Source: Dudresnaya verticillata (Eukaryota). From it: 64,000 nucleotides of DNA. Location of the stretch: contig OZ374564.1 of NCBI GenBank assembly GCA_977862235.1, forward strand, positions 744,001-808,000, given 5' to 3'. Shown one piece after another: positions 35,378-47,300 of the stretch; position 1 is the stretch's first letter; the number at the start of each line of letters is the position of its first letter. The translations under genes and the position numbers were made by a program. The notes under the pieces were generated by a model. It had not been told where the DNA came from. It searched no databases and saw only the letters and a list, made by a program, of their open reading frames with translations.

Positions 35378-38300
35378 TCATCGCTGTTGGGACTGATGGT
35401 GAGAAGAGATAACTTGAATAGTTTTAGAAAACCTGGTGAACTTGGGGCAGTGCTGTTAGTGCAACAGTGCCGATGCCCAGAGGGTAATAGTCGTGTTAAG
35501 CAGAGCAGTGCAGCTCACACAACGAAGACGTGACGACGAAACTGAGAAATGTGTCGAACACGTCGGTAATATAATACAGTCACAAGCGGAGCACACTTTG
35601 CCAAGTAGCTCCCACGCTTGGAGTAATGAAACTCTCAGGTGATGATGGGATCACCTGGACTGAAGAAGAAAAGTTGAAACTTGAAGTTGAAAAGTTGATT
35701 CTTGATAGTTGAACGTCTTTTTGACGCGGGATGTTCTGGCACCAGGTTCTACCTAGTCACCCCTAGGAGTCGGACTCCTGGCCCCCGGATATGATTCTCC
35801 GGGTGAAATGCGTCTTTCAGCAGCCCTTTCGTGTCGTGCGCACACAGACACGAAGTATGCAATCCTTACGAGACGTCCACCTTATGGGTACTAACTCAAA
35901 ACGAGTGTTCACCACACGAACAGGTCCAGTCTCTTGCAGGAATGGAACTAGGCCCAACCGTGTCAAGGTTCTGGATCTTACTGGAGGCTGCTCCCCTAGG
36001 CCAACGAGGTCCTGACTTAACGAGAGTCACCACGCACAACACTCAACCTCTCAGCAAGCTCACGGACCAAGACAACAGCGGACGAGAGCCTCGAGAACTC
36101 TCTCACACAAAATCAGAGACACAAGCCGACACAGTGGGATAGGGACCACTTTCAACAGACAACAAGCAGACAGGACAGGACACAAGCCGACAAGACAGGA
36201 CACAAGCAGACAGGACAGGCCAGGACGGGACAGGACAGTATCAAGAATGAAAAGAAAAAGGAAGAAGGTTGCAGCGAAGCGATGAAGTCTGCGTAGGTCG
36301 ACCTTCTGGGCCCATAACCTGAAGAGGAATATGGAGAGGTTGAAGGTGAACAAGATGAGAAATGGAAGTCGCTTGACTTCGTTTACTGCAGCCGACCATC
36401 CGACAAGGCTTATATCAGCTTTTCGGATGATTCGCTGCGTGAACACAAACAAAACAAATCATTAAAGAAACGCCCAAAATCCCTATTATCAAATGGGCGG
36501 GAAAAAGTAAAGCAATTAAATCTACCAAATCATACTCTCAGCACACTCACATCCGCCACCAAAATGGGCGGGAACTTGCACACCAGTGTTGCTAACTGCT
36601 GACATCAGCAATCCCTCTTGCGACCGCATTTCCTGCCATCCATATGTACTCCAACTTTGGGCGGGAACTCGAAAGTATCGAGTGTCCCCGCATGGCTGCT
36701 GTCGGACAACACTGCACACCACGTGGCCGCACTTACCAGCTCAAGTCCGTCCATGAATATCCAACTTGGATCATTGACCACGTAATCACCCAGATTTGCC
36801 TACGTGGCAGCTGTAAACCAACGTGTCGGCCGCACGACACCTACGTGGCAACTGTAAACCAACGTGTCGGCCGCACGACAGCTACGTGCAAACTGTAAAC
36901 CAACGTGTCGGCCGCACGACAGCTACGTGCAAACTGTAAACCAACGTGTCGGCCGCACGACAACTGCATCTCCTGATATCACAAGTCAGGCTCCACGTAG
37001 CGCAAGTCCCTGCAGTACCAACTCGGACGCCATCAGCACATTGCATGGCACGTTCATGTGTACTTGTGGAGTACAGTGCGCGTCATACCAATACCATTCC
37101 ATGCCATACCACGTGCATCCATGTGGTCCAATCAGATCGTTCCACTTGGCCGTTCCTGTTATAACCGCCAATTCCAGCACAACACTTGTAAGCCATATAG
37201 ACCATGGAGGCGGTTTGTAACAACCAATCAGAAGCCCGTTTCACGTTGCTTTTGCAAAAGGCCTAAATGCGCCGTGATTTCGGAAGCCCGGAAAAAGGGC
37301 TGTCGTCTCCGGAAGGTTTGGTGAAAGCGTGCCAGGGTACCATCTGGGGTACCTGACCCGTGACGTGAGGCGCCAGCGACCATGTCATCAACACTCCTCC
37401 TCGATGGCTCCTCCAAGTCCAACCCTTGGTAGAATCCTATTGAGCAAAGTGGGGCCGAGTGGCTTTGTCAGCAAGTCCGCGTCGTTGTCTTCTGACGGCA
37501 CATACACCACTTCCAGAACAGAGTCGGCGACAAGTTCGCGAATGAAGTGTACACGAACGTCGATATGCTTGGCACGACCAGATGGACTGCGTTCTCCAGT
37601 AGCCCAATTGATGGCAGACTGGTTGTCTGATCTCAATGGAACGGGGCCTTCGACGTTCAAGTCGGCCTCCTTCAGCACTCGCGAGACCCAAACCGTCTCT
37701 TTCGCAGCCAGAGTCATTGCATAGTACTCCGACTCGCAAGTTGAGAGAGCAACAGTTGACTGCTTCTTGGATCCCCAAATACACACTGCATCTCCCAGTT
37801 TCACCATGTAACCAGACATAGATTTTCGGTCTGTGGTGTCACCGGCATAGTCAGCGTCCACATAAGCTTGGATACGAATGCTTCCGGACTGGTACGTAAC
37901 TCCATGCTTGTGAGTGCCTCGAAGATATCGCAGAACCCTCTTTGCACCGCGGTGACAGTACGCAGTTGGAGCCTTCTGGAACCGTGCGAGAATAAGCGCA
38001 GAGGCCAAAATGTCCAGCCTTGTGCGAAGCCCCAAATATAGAAGTGACCCGATCATCTGCTGGTACGTCTCAACCGACACGACGGCCTTGTCCTCTTCGG
38101 CGGCAAGTCCAGTGAAGAAAGACTCAACCATTGGCGTACAAGCCGGCTTAGAGTTCTGAAGTCCAAATCGACGAAGAACACTTTCCGTGTAGACCTGTTG
38201 AGTCATCTTGAGAGACACAAATCTGCCATCAGAGTCTAGCTCCCATCCAAGCTCGACTCCGAGGAAGAGGTCAACCCCTTCAGACAGCCGTAGATCGTAG

Positions 38301-38942
38301 AGGCCCTGCAGCTCCTTAACAATGGCGTCTCTCTCCGATTTTGTGGGCGCCAGAATGAGCAAGTCATCAACGTACACCAAGATGTATGTATATCCAGAAG
38401 ACTTGGATCTGCGACGAAACACGCAAGGCGCACCTGGCAATTCCTCAAACATCATCCTAGCAAGGTCACCACACAGCTTGGTGTGCCAAGCTAGGTGAGC
38501 CTGTTTTAGCCCATACATAGCTTTCAGAAGTTTGTAACAGAGAGATTCCCTTCCAGGAATCCCACGCGGTGACATTACCCACACGTGTTCTGCCAGATCA
38601 CCATTCAGGAAAGCCGTCTTCACGTCTAGCTGTGCAACAAACAGGTTCAAACACAGTACCAAGTATAGGAACATGCGCACCAGCGAGAACGACACAACTG
38701 GGGCGTATGTTTCCATGTAGTCTTCACCATACGTCTGGAAGTTTCCACCAGCGACGACCCGCGCTTTGAAGCGCTCGACCGTCCCGTCGGACTTGCGTTT
38801 AACTTTCAGCACGGCGTGCGTTGGAAGCGGCTGTGCATCGGGACTGTCATCACGGACCCAAGTGCCTTTGGATTCCAAGGATGCGAACTCATCATCAATG
38901 GCAGATTGCCACAACCCGCGCTCCTCCGGAGTGGCAGACATG
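35378..38942 (-). mobile_element. Inverted Copia fragment in pol-PPT-LTR-PBS-leader-ATG order
   Basis: Minus strand: RT/RNase H 38942-37394, LTR 37393-36320 (1074 bp, four 41-bp repeats), PBS 36319-36306, leader down to ATGA at 35378. Confidence 0.92.
37388..38941 (-). pseudogene. pol: Copia RT-RNase H fragment
   Basis: MSATPEER...AIEEEC; shares several variants (DAQP, WELDS, GAKR, SIRIQ, ERSPS) with the copy at 46318. Confidence 0.92.
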
Positions 38943-39705
38943 TCGTTGCGACGCGCCGCGTGGGTCTGAGCGCGCATCAACCCAACGGAACCTCGGGGCG
39001 CAGGCCAGCACTAGAACAACGGTACATCCGGTTTCGGGTGTATCGGTTAAAGAAGAGTGCCTGTGGCCCTCCCGCCAGTGTCCTTGGAGGCCACGCGACA
39101 AGAAAGCTGTGTGTGACCGCTTCTCGGCCTGTGTCACACACGGATCCCCTCGCCTTCTAACGTAAAAACAGTGTTACAGCTGTTTTTACGGAATCTTGAA
39201 GGAGTTGCTTGGGGCGCCAAGGTCAAGAGATCCTGCGCCCAAACCCGTCGGAGGCGCCGGATCTGAGAAGAGAAGGCCCCAAGGTCTCCGTGGAGTGCCT
39301 GATCGTTCGCATTGGACGACGGGTTCCGGAGTTAGAAGAGGAAGAAGTTCGTCCCCGACAGGCCCTAAGTAGCGGTTACTGGCGCTTGTCACGGCTCCAC
39401 TCGCTGAATTTGCCACGTGTAGGCGACGACGGTGGAGCCAGCCTGTCTGATCCAATTCGAATTGGATCTTATCCCAATCTGCTTCCGTGGAGGCGACCAA
39501 CCCGATTTCAACACGTGTACATCGTGTACACGTTTCACCCTCAGGGCCACCTCCTGAGCTCATTTCCGAGCTTACTGACACGTTTCCGACGTGTACACGT
39601 CTTCCACGTATTTCACCAAAACGTTCCAGAACATTCTACAAACTTCAAAAAGTTTCCTGAAAATCCCAAAAACAACAGAAAATCGCCAAAAAATCCAAAA
39701 ACAAC

Positions 39706-40761
39706 ATGAATCCCCCGATGAATCCTCCCATTCCCTCCCCTATTGCTGCGGACAGCCCAATGACGGATCACGATCCTACAGTGACCGTTTCGAAGAAGGA
39801 CTGGGACCGCATGATGCACATGCTTGAGACTCTCAGTGCGAATCAAGCCGAGCTAAGCAAGACGCAAGCAGTTCTGGTTTGTCAGTTAACTCGAGCCAAT
39901 GACCGCATCCAGGAGCTCGAGGCCGCGAAAGTCCCCCACTCGGATGACGCACCCGCTGCAGCGCCAATTCGACCTGAGCCCGTTGCTTCTGAGGCCCCAC
40001 CAGCGGTACGCAAAACCGGCGCTTTTCAGTACAAGATCAAAGCTCCGAAGCCAGCGGCCGCCGCACCTGTGCCGCCTCGTCCTCAGTCCAACAAGGCTGC
40101 CTCCCCGAAAAAGAGTTGGGCACAAATCGCTGCCGCGCCCCGCCCTCGTCTCTCTGACGTCTCCGAGAACTCGCAGGAGGGTGTCCGCAAGTGCTTAGAG
40201 TTGCTCGAAATATCGACTCCGCAGCCGAAGCCGACGGCCGTTTACTTCCGAAATATCAAGCGGGCCCGCCTTGGCAAAGTCCGCACAGCCTTGAGGTACA
40301 TGCTTCCTCACCCATGGTCCATCCTCGGTCTTTCCTTCATCGGACAGTCTGTCATTGAAATCGTTTGCCATGAAGGTTTGTTGGACCAAATTGTCGCCAA
40401 GCTGCGCATCATAGGCACAATTCACATCAAGAATTTCGACCTTTTCGGCGACAACCTGAAGAAGTCGAACGATCGCACCAAGCAGGATCGTGCAGTTTCC
40501 AATCTGGAGAAAGCGCAATCCCGCCTCCAACGGCTGGTGGACACGTGTGTCAACCCAGCTGCCAAGGCTTGGTACACTCAAAATCTTCAGAAAGCTGAGC
40601 AACGCATTGCCGAAGTGTACAACGTTGCCCATGATGTGGAGTCCTCGGACTCCGAGGACAGCGGATATGATTCTGCGGATCTTGTTGCCGGCACTGCTGA
40701 CTCGCCTGACTTGTCCGCCGACCCCATGGCCGTCGACACGACCACCCCCGACACCCCCTAA
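39706..40761 (+). CDS. LINE ORF1 (premature TAA removes the last 14 aa)
   Basis: Coiled-coil segment and SWAQIAA motif, upstream of ORF2; CAA in copy 2 versus TAA here. Confidence 0.85.
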   Translation: MNPPMNPPIPSPIAADSPMTDHDPTVTVSKKDWDRMMHMLETLSANQAELSKTQAVLVCQLTRANDRIQELEAAKVPHSDDAPAAAPIRPEPVASEAPPAVRKTGAFQYKIKAPKPAAAAPVPPRPQSNKAASPKKSWAQIAAAPRPRLSDVSENSQEGVRKCLELLEISTPQPKPTAVYFRNIKRARLGKVRTALRYMLPHPWSILGLSFIGQSVIEIVCHEGLLDQIVAKLRIIGTIHIKNFDLFGDNLKKSNDRTKQDRAVSNLEKAQSRLQRLVDTCVNPAAKAWYTQNLQKAEQRIAEVYNVAHDVESSDSEDSGYDSADLVAGTADSPDLSADPMAVDTTTPDTP

Positions 40762-40799
40762 ACCGACCCGCACCCGGCGCACGAGGCGCCAAGTTCGAA

Positions 40800-43700
40800 T
40801 TGAGTTGCCGATCTGCACCCTTAGAATCTGAAAAGTTGTCTCTGGCAACGTTTAACGTCCATGGCGTTCAAGGGAAAGAAGCCGAAGTCGAGGCCCTGGC
40901 ATCCACCGTCCACATCCTTGGTCTCTGTGAAACCTGGATTCGTCCTCAGGATCTCCGAGCTTCACGGCAATTCGACGAGTCCGTCTCCGTCGTTCAAGAT
41001 CATGGTGGGTGGCGCGGACAAGGTGGGGTGGCTCTGAAGGTTGCCCCCCCTGTGAACTACTCTGTGATTCTCCGCCATTCTCAAATCGACTATCAAGTTT
41101 TAGCAATCCGGGTTGGGGGAACCCATATCGCCATGATATACCTCCGCCCCCATCTACAGAAGACCACCTTCTTTGATTGTCTGGACCGCGTACAGTCCTC
41201 CACTCGCGGTAAGACAGTCATCATGGGCGACTTCAATGCCCGTCACACACGTTGGGACACTACTTCGAACCAACATGGTAAATGGTTGGTTGAATGGACG
41301 ACCGCGCATCGTTGGTGCGTCCACGCCCCGCCCTCACCAACGTTTGCAGCTCATCAAGGCACCAGTACTGTTGACCTCTTCCTTACTAAGGGTGTTGACA
41401 TCCCGGATGCCAAAATTCATTCCGGTCTGTGGGATGGCGCCAGTGATCATTCTGCAGTTCGAGCAAACATTGTGGACACCCCCGTTTACAAACTTGGCAT
41501 ACCCCGCATACCCCAAAGTCAACGTCGCCAGCCGACCTTTCTTCGTCAGGCAGCCGATCTCTATCGTCAAGAGATTCCGAACACTGCCAGTGAAATCACG
41601 TCGTGCACAACATCGCAAGAATTGGAGGACGCGTATTCGCGGCTGAAAGCCATGACTTTGCAACCTTGGGAGTCTGCCCGCAAACATCGTCCCCGTCGTT
41701 ACAAGCACTTTTGGGACGGGCACCTCGATCATCTGAAGAAATTGCGGTCGAAGAAGTACAAACAAGCCACTCAACTCATGACGTCGGAGGCTTGGGAACA
41801 GTACAAGACCCTCAATCGACGGGTTCGCGCACTTGTGCATCGCAATAAACGGCGATGCAAGTTGCGTTTGACAGAAGCTCTCCTGTCCTCCGACCCTACT
41901 GATGGTCCCAAAATGGTTAAGGCCGTGCTCCGAAACGCATCCGGCCCACTTGGTTCTCGGAGAGACCAACCAATTGGGAAGTTGGACCTGGCCAACTTTA
42001 CAAAACACCTCGCGACAGGGGCTGGAAAAGGACATATTCCGCCCATTGTGCCCTTCGAAACTTCCCGAAACTTCGAATCTCACGTTTTCCGTGCTATAGT
42101 CAAGGCCAAACCGAAGAAGGCCACAGGCACGGATGAAGTCTTCAGCGAAGCATTCAAGGTCGCCCCAAAGTCCTTTGCGCATGTCTTGGGACTCTTTTGG
42201 GTGAAATGCAGTCAGCTCGGGTACCTATTGCAAGATTGGCAAACATCCCTGCTGGTGCCAATTTACAAACGGGGTCCCAAATCGGACCCAACCAGCTATC
42301 GACCGATTGCGCTAGTGTCGCACGGACGACAAATGCTTTCAAAGGCAATCGCGTCTATGATTCGTAAGGAGTACCAGTTTCATCCGACTCAGTTGGGGTT
42401 CCGTGAGAAAACTGGTACCGAAACCGCCATCTTAAGGCATGCAACCAGCACAAAAGCTGGATTCCGGTACACGGCCGTGCTCGACTTGAAGTCGGCATAC
42501 GATACAGTACCCCGCGAGCGGTTGATGTCGAAAGTGAATCAGAAGATGTCACCTACCACGGCGGCAATGGTCGCTCTGGAGTTACAACCAGCAACAGTAG
42601 TTACCAAGGGCGATATCACCGGCACCACTACAATTGTGTCGCGGGGTGTGCCTCAAGGCGTGTCTTCGAGTCCGACTTTGTACAATGTCAACATGGACTC
42701 GTATCCTGAGTTCATGGATTTGTCAATGTCGGCCTCCGAAAGTGCTGAAGAAATCGACATTACGATCTTTGCTGACGACGTCAAGCTCCGATCCAAGACT
42801 AGTACCGGCCTCCAAACGGCCTTAGATGCGTCCACGAAATGGGCTGATCTTGAAGGTATGCAGTGGGGAACTTCAAAATGCCATGTTTTGGAGCCCGAAA
42901 ACTGCACCAAACGAGCAATGTACTACCTGAATGGTCAGAAAATTGACGTGGTAGACACTGCAAAGTACCTGGGAGTGACTCTGAAAGGTACCAAACTGGC
43001 ACCTGACAAGAATTTGGAACGAGTTAAGGCGGCTCATCAACGCCTAAACTTACTCAAGGCGGTCGGCGTACACCGCAAATATGTGCCTAGCGCACGACTT
43101 GTGGACATCTGCCGCACGTATATCTACCCAGTTGCGGACTTTAGCACCCATTTGATGCCGATCGACACGGCCGGCAATTGCGATTTGAGTCATCAACTCG
43201 AGTTGCTGGACTACAAAGTGGCAGAATTTGCACTTGGGTGCATTGCCAAAGAGCCTATGTGGCCTCGCAGTGGCCGCATCCGCGGGCGCCTACCACGTCA
43301 TTTGAAGATGGCCAAGCTGCCGGACTGGTTGCAGCGTATCCGTCTGCGCCTTCGCAGTCTTGGTAAACGCCTCACAAAACGAGCTCACCGCAACCGTGGC
43401 GACGTGCTCGCCATGACAGATATGTTAGAATTCCGAAGTTTCCGGGCGCAGAATAAGAGTCCTCTGGACATGAGGAACCAGGATCTCCGTGATTCGTGGG
43501 AGGGCCTGTGTCGCCAACGTCGGCGGCGTATTCCAGTTCCCGACTCTGGATTCGTTCCGATTCTACACATTAGGGATCGTAAGCTGCGAGATGCCGGGAT
43601 TCGATGGTATTGTGGGTCATTTCCCGGAAAACCGGATGTCCTCAAGACTCGACTTGGTCCCGAGGTCTACAGGTTGCACAAAGCCCGAATTGAGTCTGGA

Positions 43701-43862
43701 TTGAGTGTGAAGCGTTGGAATGCGGGCGTGCAAGCCCGACTCCTAGATAGTCTGAAGGCATTTCTGGATGTCTTAGATGACCAAAACTGTGTTGGTCAGA
43801 AGCGCAAACGCGAGGATTTGAGTCCCGTGCACAGAACGACCAAGAAGCGCAAACCAAGTTAG
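40800..43862 (+). CDS. LINE ORF2: apurinic endonuclease plus reverse transcriptase
   Basis: TFNVHG, LCETW, MGDFNARH, TVDLFL and SDH endonuclease motifs; YRPIAL, QLGFR, LDLKSAYD, GVPQG, FADD and KYLGV RT motifs. Confidence 0.95.
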   Translation: MSCRSAPLESEKLSLATFNVHGVQGKEAEVEALASTVHILGLCETWIRPQDLRASRQFDESVSVVQDHGGWRGQGGVALKVAPPVNYSVILRHSQIDYQVLAIRVGGTHIAMIYLRPHLQKTTFFDCLDRVQSSTRGKTVIMGDFNARHTRWDTTSNQHGKWLVEWTTAHRWCVHAPPSPTFAAHQGTSTVDLFLTKGVDIPDAKIHSGLWDGASDHSAVRANIVDTPVYKLGIPRIPQSQRRQPTFLRQAADLYRQEIPNTASEITSCTTSQELEDAYSRLKAMTLQPWESARKHRPRRYKHFWDGHLDHLKKLRSKKYKQATQLMTSEAWEQYKTLNRRVRALVHRNKRRCKLRLTEALLSSDPTDGPKMVKAVLRNASGPLGSRRDQPIGKLDLANFTKHLATGAGKGHIPPIVPFETSRNFESHVFRAIVKAKPKKATGTDEVFSEAFKVAPKSFAHVLGLFWVKCSQLGYLLQDWQTSLLVPIYKRGPKSDPTSYRPIALVSHGRQMLSKAIASMIRKEYQFHPTQLGFREKTGTETAILRHATSTKAGFRYTAVLDLKSAYDTVPRERLMSKVNQKMSPTTAAMVALELQPATVVTKGDITGTTTIVSRGVPQGVSSSPTLYNVNMDSYPEFMDLSMSASESAEEIDITIFADDVKLRSKTSTGLQTALDASTKWADLEGMQWGTSKCHVLEPENCTKRAMYYLNGQKIDVVDTAKYLGVTLKGTKLAPDKNLERVKAAHQRLNLLKAVGVHRKYVPSARLVDICRTYIYPVADFSTHLMPIDTAGNCDLSHQLELLDYKVAEFALGCIAKEPMWPRSGRIRGRLPRHLKMAKLPDWLQRIRLRLRSLGKRLTKRAHRNRGDVLAMTDMLEFRSFRAQNKSPLDMRNQDLRDSWEGLCRQRRRRIPVPDSGFVPILHIRDRKLRDAGIRWYCGSFPGKPDVLKTRLGPEVYRLHKARIESGLSVKRWNAGVQARLLDSLKAFLDVLDDQNCVGQKRKREDLSPVHRTTKKRKPS

Positions 43863-44307
43863 CAAATCATCGCATTGGAAGCATGTAGTACCGAATATGT
43901 TTTAGAGTTTGCATGAAGGTTGAAGACGTACTCCCTTGCCACATAGTGTAGCGTAGCTACAACTTAGGACACTGAGGCGTCTCTAAATAAATCACACATT
44001 TCGACAGAGGCGATGCAGATCTGAAACAAAACTCTGCTAGGGCTGTCGGATCTATTCCTTCTCGAGGAAAAGGAGCAAGCGACGAAGAGAACTGTATCAC
44101 GCCCCAGCCATGCCCTGCACACAATCTCAGACGTACACCTGAAAGTAGTTCGGGTTTTAGTAGTGGCACACCAGAACCCGACCCTGATGCTACCCCGGAG
44201 TTGGCCGCGAGTACTAACACAAAGGGTGACGTGGAACGAACGCCAGATGCTGATGGCTCGGAAATAGAGCACGGTGACGAGCAATCAGATGCTGCGACGT
44301 TGAATCT

Positions 44308-47300
44308 TGTTGAGGACATGGTCGCTGGCGCCTCACGTCACGGGTCAGGTACCCCAGATGGTACCCTGGCACGCTTTCACCAAACCTTCCGGAGACGACA
44401 GCCCTTTTTCCGGGCTTCCAAAATCACGGCGCATTTAGGCCTTTTGCAAAAGCAACGTGAAACGGGCTTCTGATTGGTTGTTACAAACCGCCTCCATGGT
44501 CTATATGGCTTACAAGTGTTGTGCTGGAATTGGCGGTTATAACAGGAACGGCCAAGTGGAACGATCTGATTGGACCACATGGATGCACGTGGTATGGCAT
44601 GGAATGGTATTGGTATGACGCGCACTGTACTCCACAAGTACACATGAACGTGCCATGCAATGTGCTGATGGCGTCCGAGTTGGTACTGCAGGGACTTGCG
44701 CTACGTGGAGCCTGACTTGTGATATCAGGAGATGCAGTTGTCGTGCGGCCGACACGTTGGTTTACAGTTTGCACGTAGCTGTCGTGCGGCCGACACGTTG
44801 GTTTACAGTTTGCACGTAGCTGTCGTGCGGCCGACACGTTGGTTTACAGTTGCCACGTAGGTGTCGTGCGGCCGACACGTTGGTTTACAGCTGCCACGTA
44901 GGCAAATCTGGGTGATTACGTGGTCAATGATCCAAGTTGGATATTCATGGACGGACTTGAGCTGGTAAGTGCGGCCACGTGGTGTGCAGTGTTGTCCGAC
45001 AGCAGCCATGCGGGGACACTCGATACTTTCGAGTTCCCGCCCAAAGTTGGAGTACATATGGATGGCAGGAAATGCGGTCGCAAGAGGGATTGCTGATGTC
45101 AGCAGTTAGCAACACTGGTGTGCAAGTTCCCGCCCATTTTGGTGGCGGATGTGAGTGTGCTGAGAGTATGATTTGGTAGATTTAATTGCTTTACTTTTTC
45201 CCGCCCATTTGATAATAGGGATTTTGGGCGTTTCTTTAATGATTTGTTTTGTTTGTGTTCAAGCAGCAACTCATCCGAAAAGCTGATATAAGCCTTGTCG
45301 GATGGTCGGCTGCAGTAAACGAAGTCAAGCGACTTCCATTTCTCATCTTGTTCACCTTCAACCTCTCCATATTCCTCTTCAGGTTATGGGCCCAGAAGGT
45401 CGACCTACGCAGACTTCATCGCTTCGCTGCAACCTTCTTCCTTTTTCTTTTCATTCTTGATACTGTCCTGTCCCGTCCTGGCCTGGCCTGTCTGCTTGTG
45501 TCCTGTCTTGTCGGCTTGTGTCCTGTCCTGTCTGCTTGTTGTCTGTTGAAAGTGGTCCCTATCCCACTGTGTCGGCTTGTGTCTCTGATTTTGTGAGAGA
45601 GTTCTCGAGGCTCTGGTCCGCTGTTGTCTTGGTCCGTGAGCTTGCTGAGAGGTTGAGTGTTGTGCGTGGTGACTCTCGTTAAGTCAGGACCTCGTTGGCC
45701 TAGGGGAGCAGCCTCCAGTAAGATCCAGAACCTTGACACGGTTGGGCCTAGTTCCATTCCTGCAAGAGACTGGACCTGTTCGTGTGGTGAACACTCGTTT
45801 TGAGTTAGTACCCATAAGGTGGACGTCTCGTAAGGATTGCATACTTCGTGTCTGTGTGCGCACGACACGAAAGGGCTGCTGAAAGACGCATTTCACCCGG
45901 AGAATCATATCCGGGGGCCAGGAGTCCGACTCCTAGGGGTGACTAGGTAGAACCTGGTGCCAGAACATCCCGCGTCAAAAAGACGTTCAACTATCAAGAA
46001 TCAACTTTTCAACTTCAAGTTTCAACTTTTCTTCTTCAGTCCAGGTGATCCCATCATCACCTGAGAGTTTCATTACTCCAAGCGTGGGAGCTACTTGGCA
46101 AAGTGTGCTCCGCTTGTGACTGTATTATATTACCGACGTGTTCGACACATTTCTTAGTTTCGTCGTCACGTCTTCGTTGTGTGAGCTGCACTGCTCTGCT
46201 TAACACGACTATTACCCTCTGGGCATCGGCACTGTTGCACTAACAGCACTGCCCCAAGTTCACCAAGTTTTCTAAAACTATTCAAGTTATCTCTTCTCAC
46301 CATCAGTCCCAACAGCTATGACTGATACCGAAGCCGAGATGGATACTTCGAGCGGGGTCAGGATACCCCGTTTCCACGGCAGGAGAGGTGACGACTACGG
46401 TCTCTGGCGTCATCGCCTTCGTGCCGCATGCCGGATCAAAGGGGTTTGGAATGTTGTCCACACCTCAAACGACACACCGAGCAGCTCACAGTCAACTGGA
46501 GAGGCCTCAGCGGATACTTCCATTCTTCACGCCAGAACCTTGGCCAAACGTGAGAAGGCTTGCGGGATCATTATCTCCGCACTTGGTGATGCTCCGCTTC
46601 GTGTCGTTATGGAGGTTGATGATGACCCCAAACGCATGCTGGAGCTATTGGACTCGCGCTATGCGTCCAGTCGAACCGTATCCCGTATCGCCGTACAGAC
46701 CAAGCTATTCCGTATGACGTACACCGGTCAGAATATGTCCAACTATGTCGACCAGTACACGTCACTGTTCGCCCAACTCGACCTCATGGGCAACGACTCG
46801 GCGATACCGGAGACACATAAGGCACCTATGCTGCTTGCTTCCATTGATCCGTCCTGCCACCTGGAGTCAACAGCTGCAGCTCTTCGCACCAAAGATGCTG
46901 CTGAGCTGACTTGGGACTACGTCGCAACCACGCTGATCGATGAGTACAACGCCAAAGATTCTCATGGATCAAACGCAGGTGGGAGATCCAGTAAGTCGAA
47001 GAGTCGTCGGAAGAAGAAAAAGAAGTCCGCGTCGTCAGGTTCTCGCCAGCAACACAACCCGCTGGATGACAACGACGACTCCGATGACTCTTCTGATATT
47101 GAATCCACCGTCCGTGCGTTGGCGGTTGCACTCAAGTCCGCCAAGCAGGCTCACTCCACCCCGAACCGGCACCTTCACTGTGATGTTTGCGACAAGGATG
47201 GACACACCGCGGATCGATGCTATCTAAATCCGGAAAATCCTAACAACAAGCTTCCTCCAAAGGTGCGACAGATGTTCACCAACCAGGGCAAAAAGGGCAA

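Larger units (their letters stand above)
38942..44002 (+). mobile_element. LINE (APE-RT) copy 1, lacking the first ~227 nt
   Basis: Near-identical to 58447-63508; AATAAA then TCACACA at the 3' end; followed by GACAGA. Confidence 0.9.
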
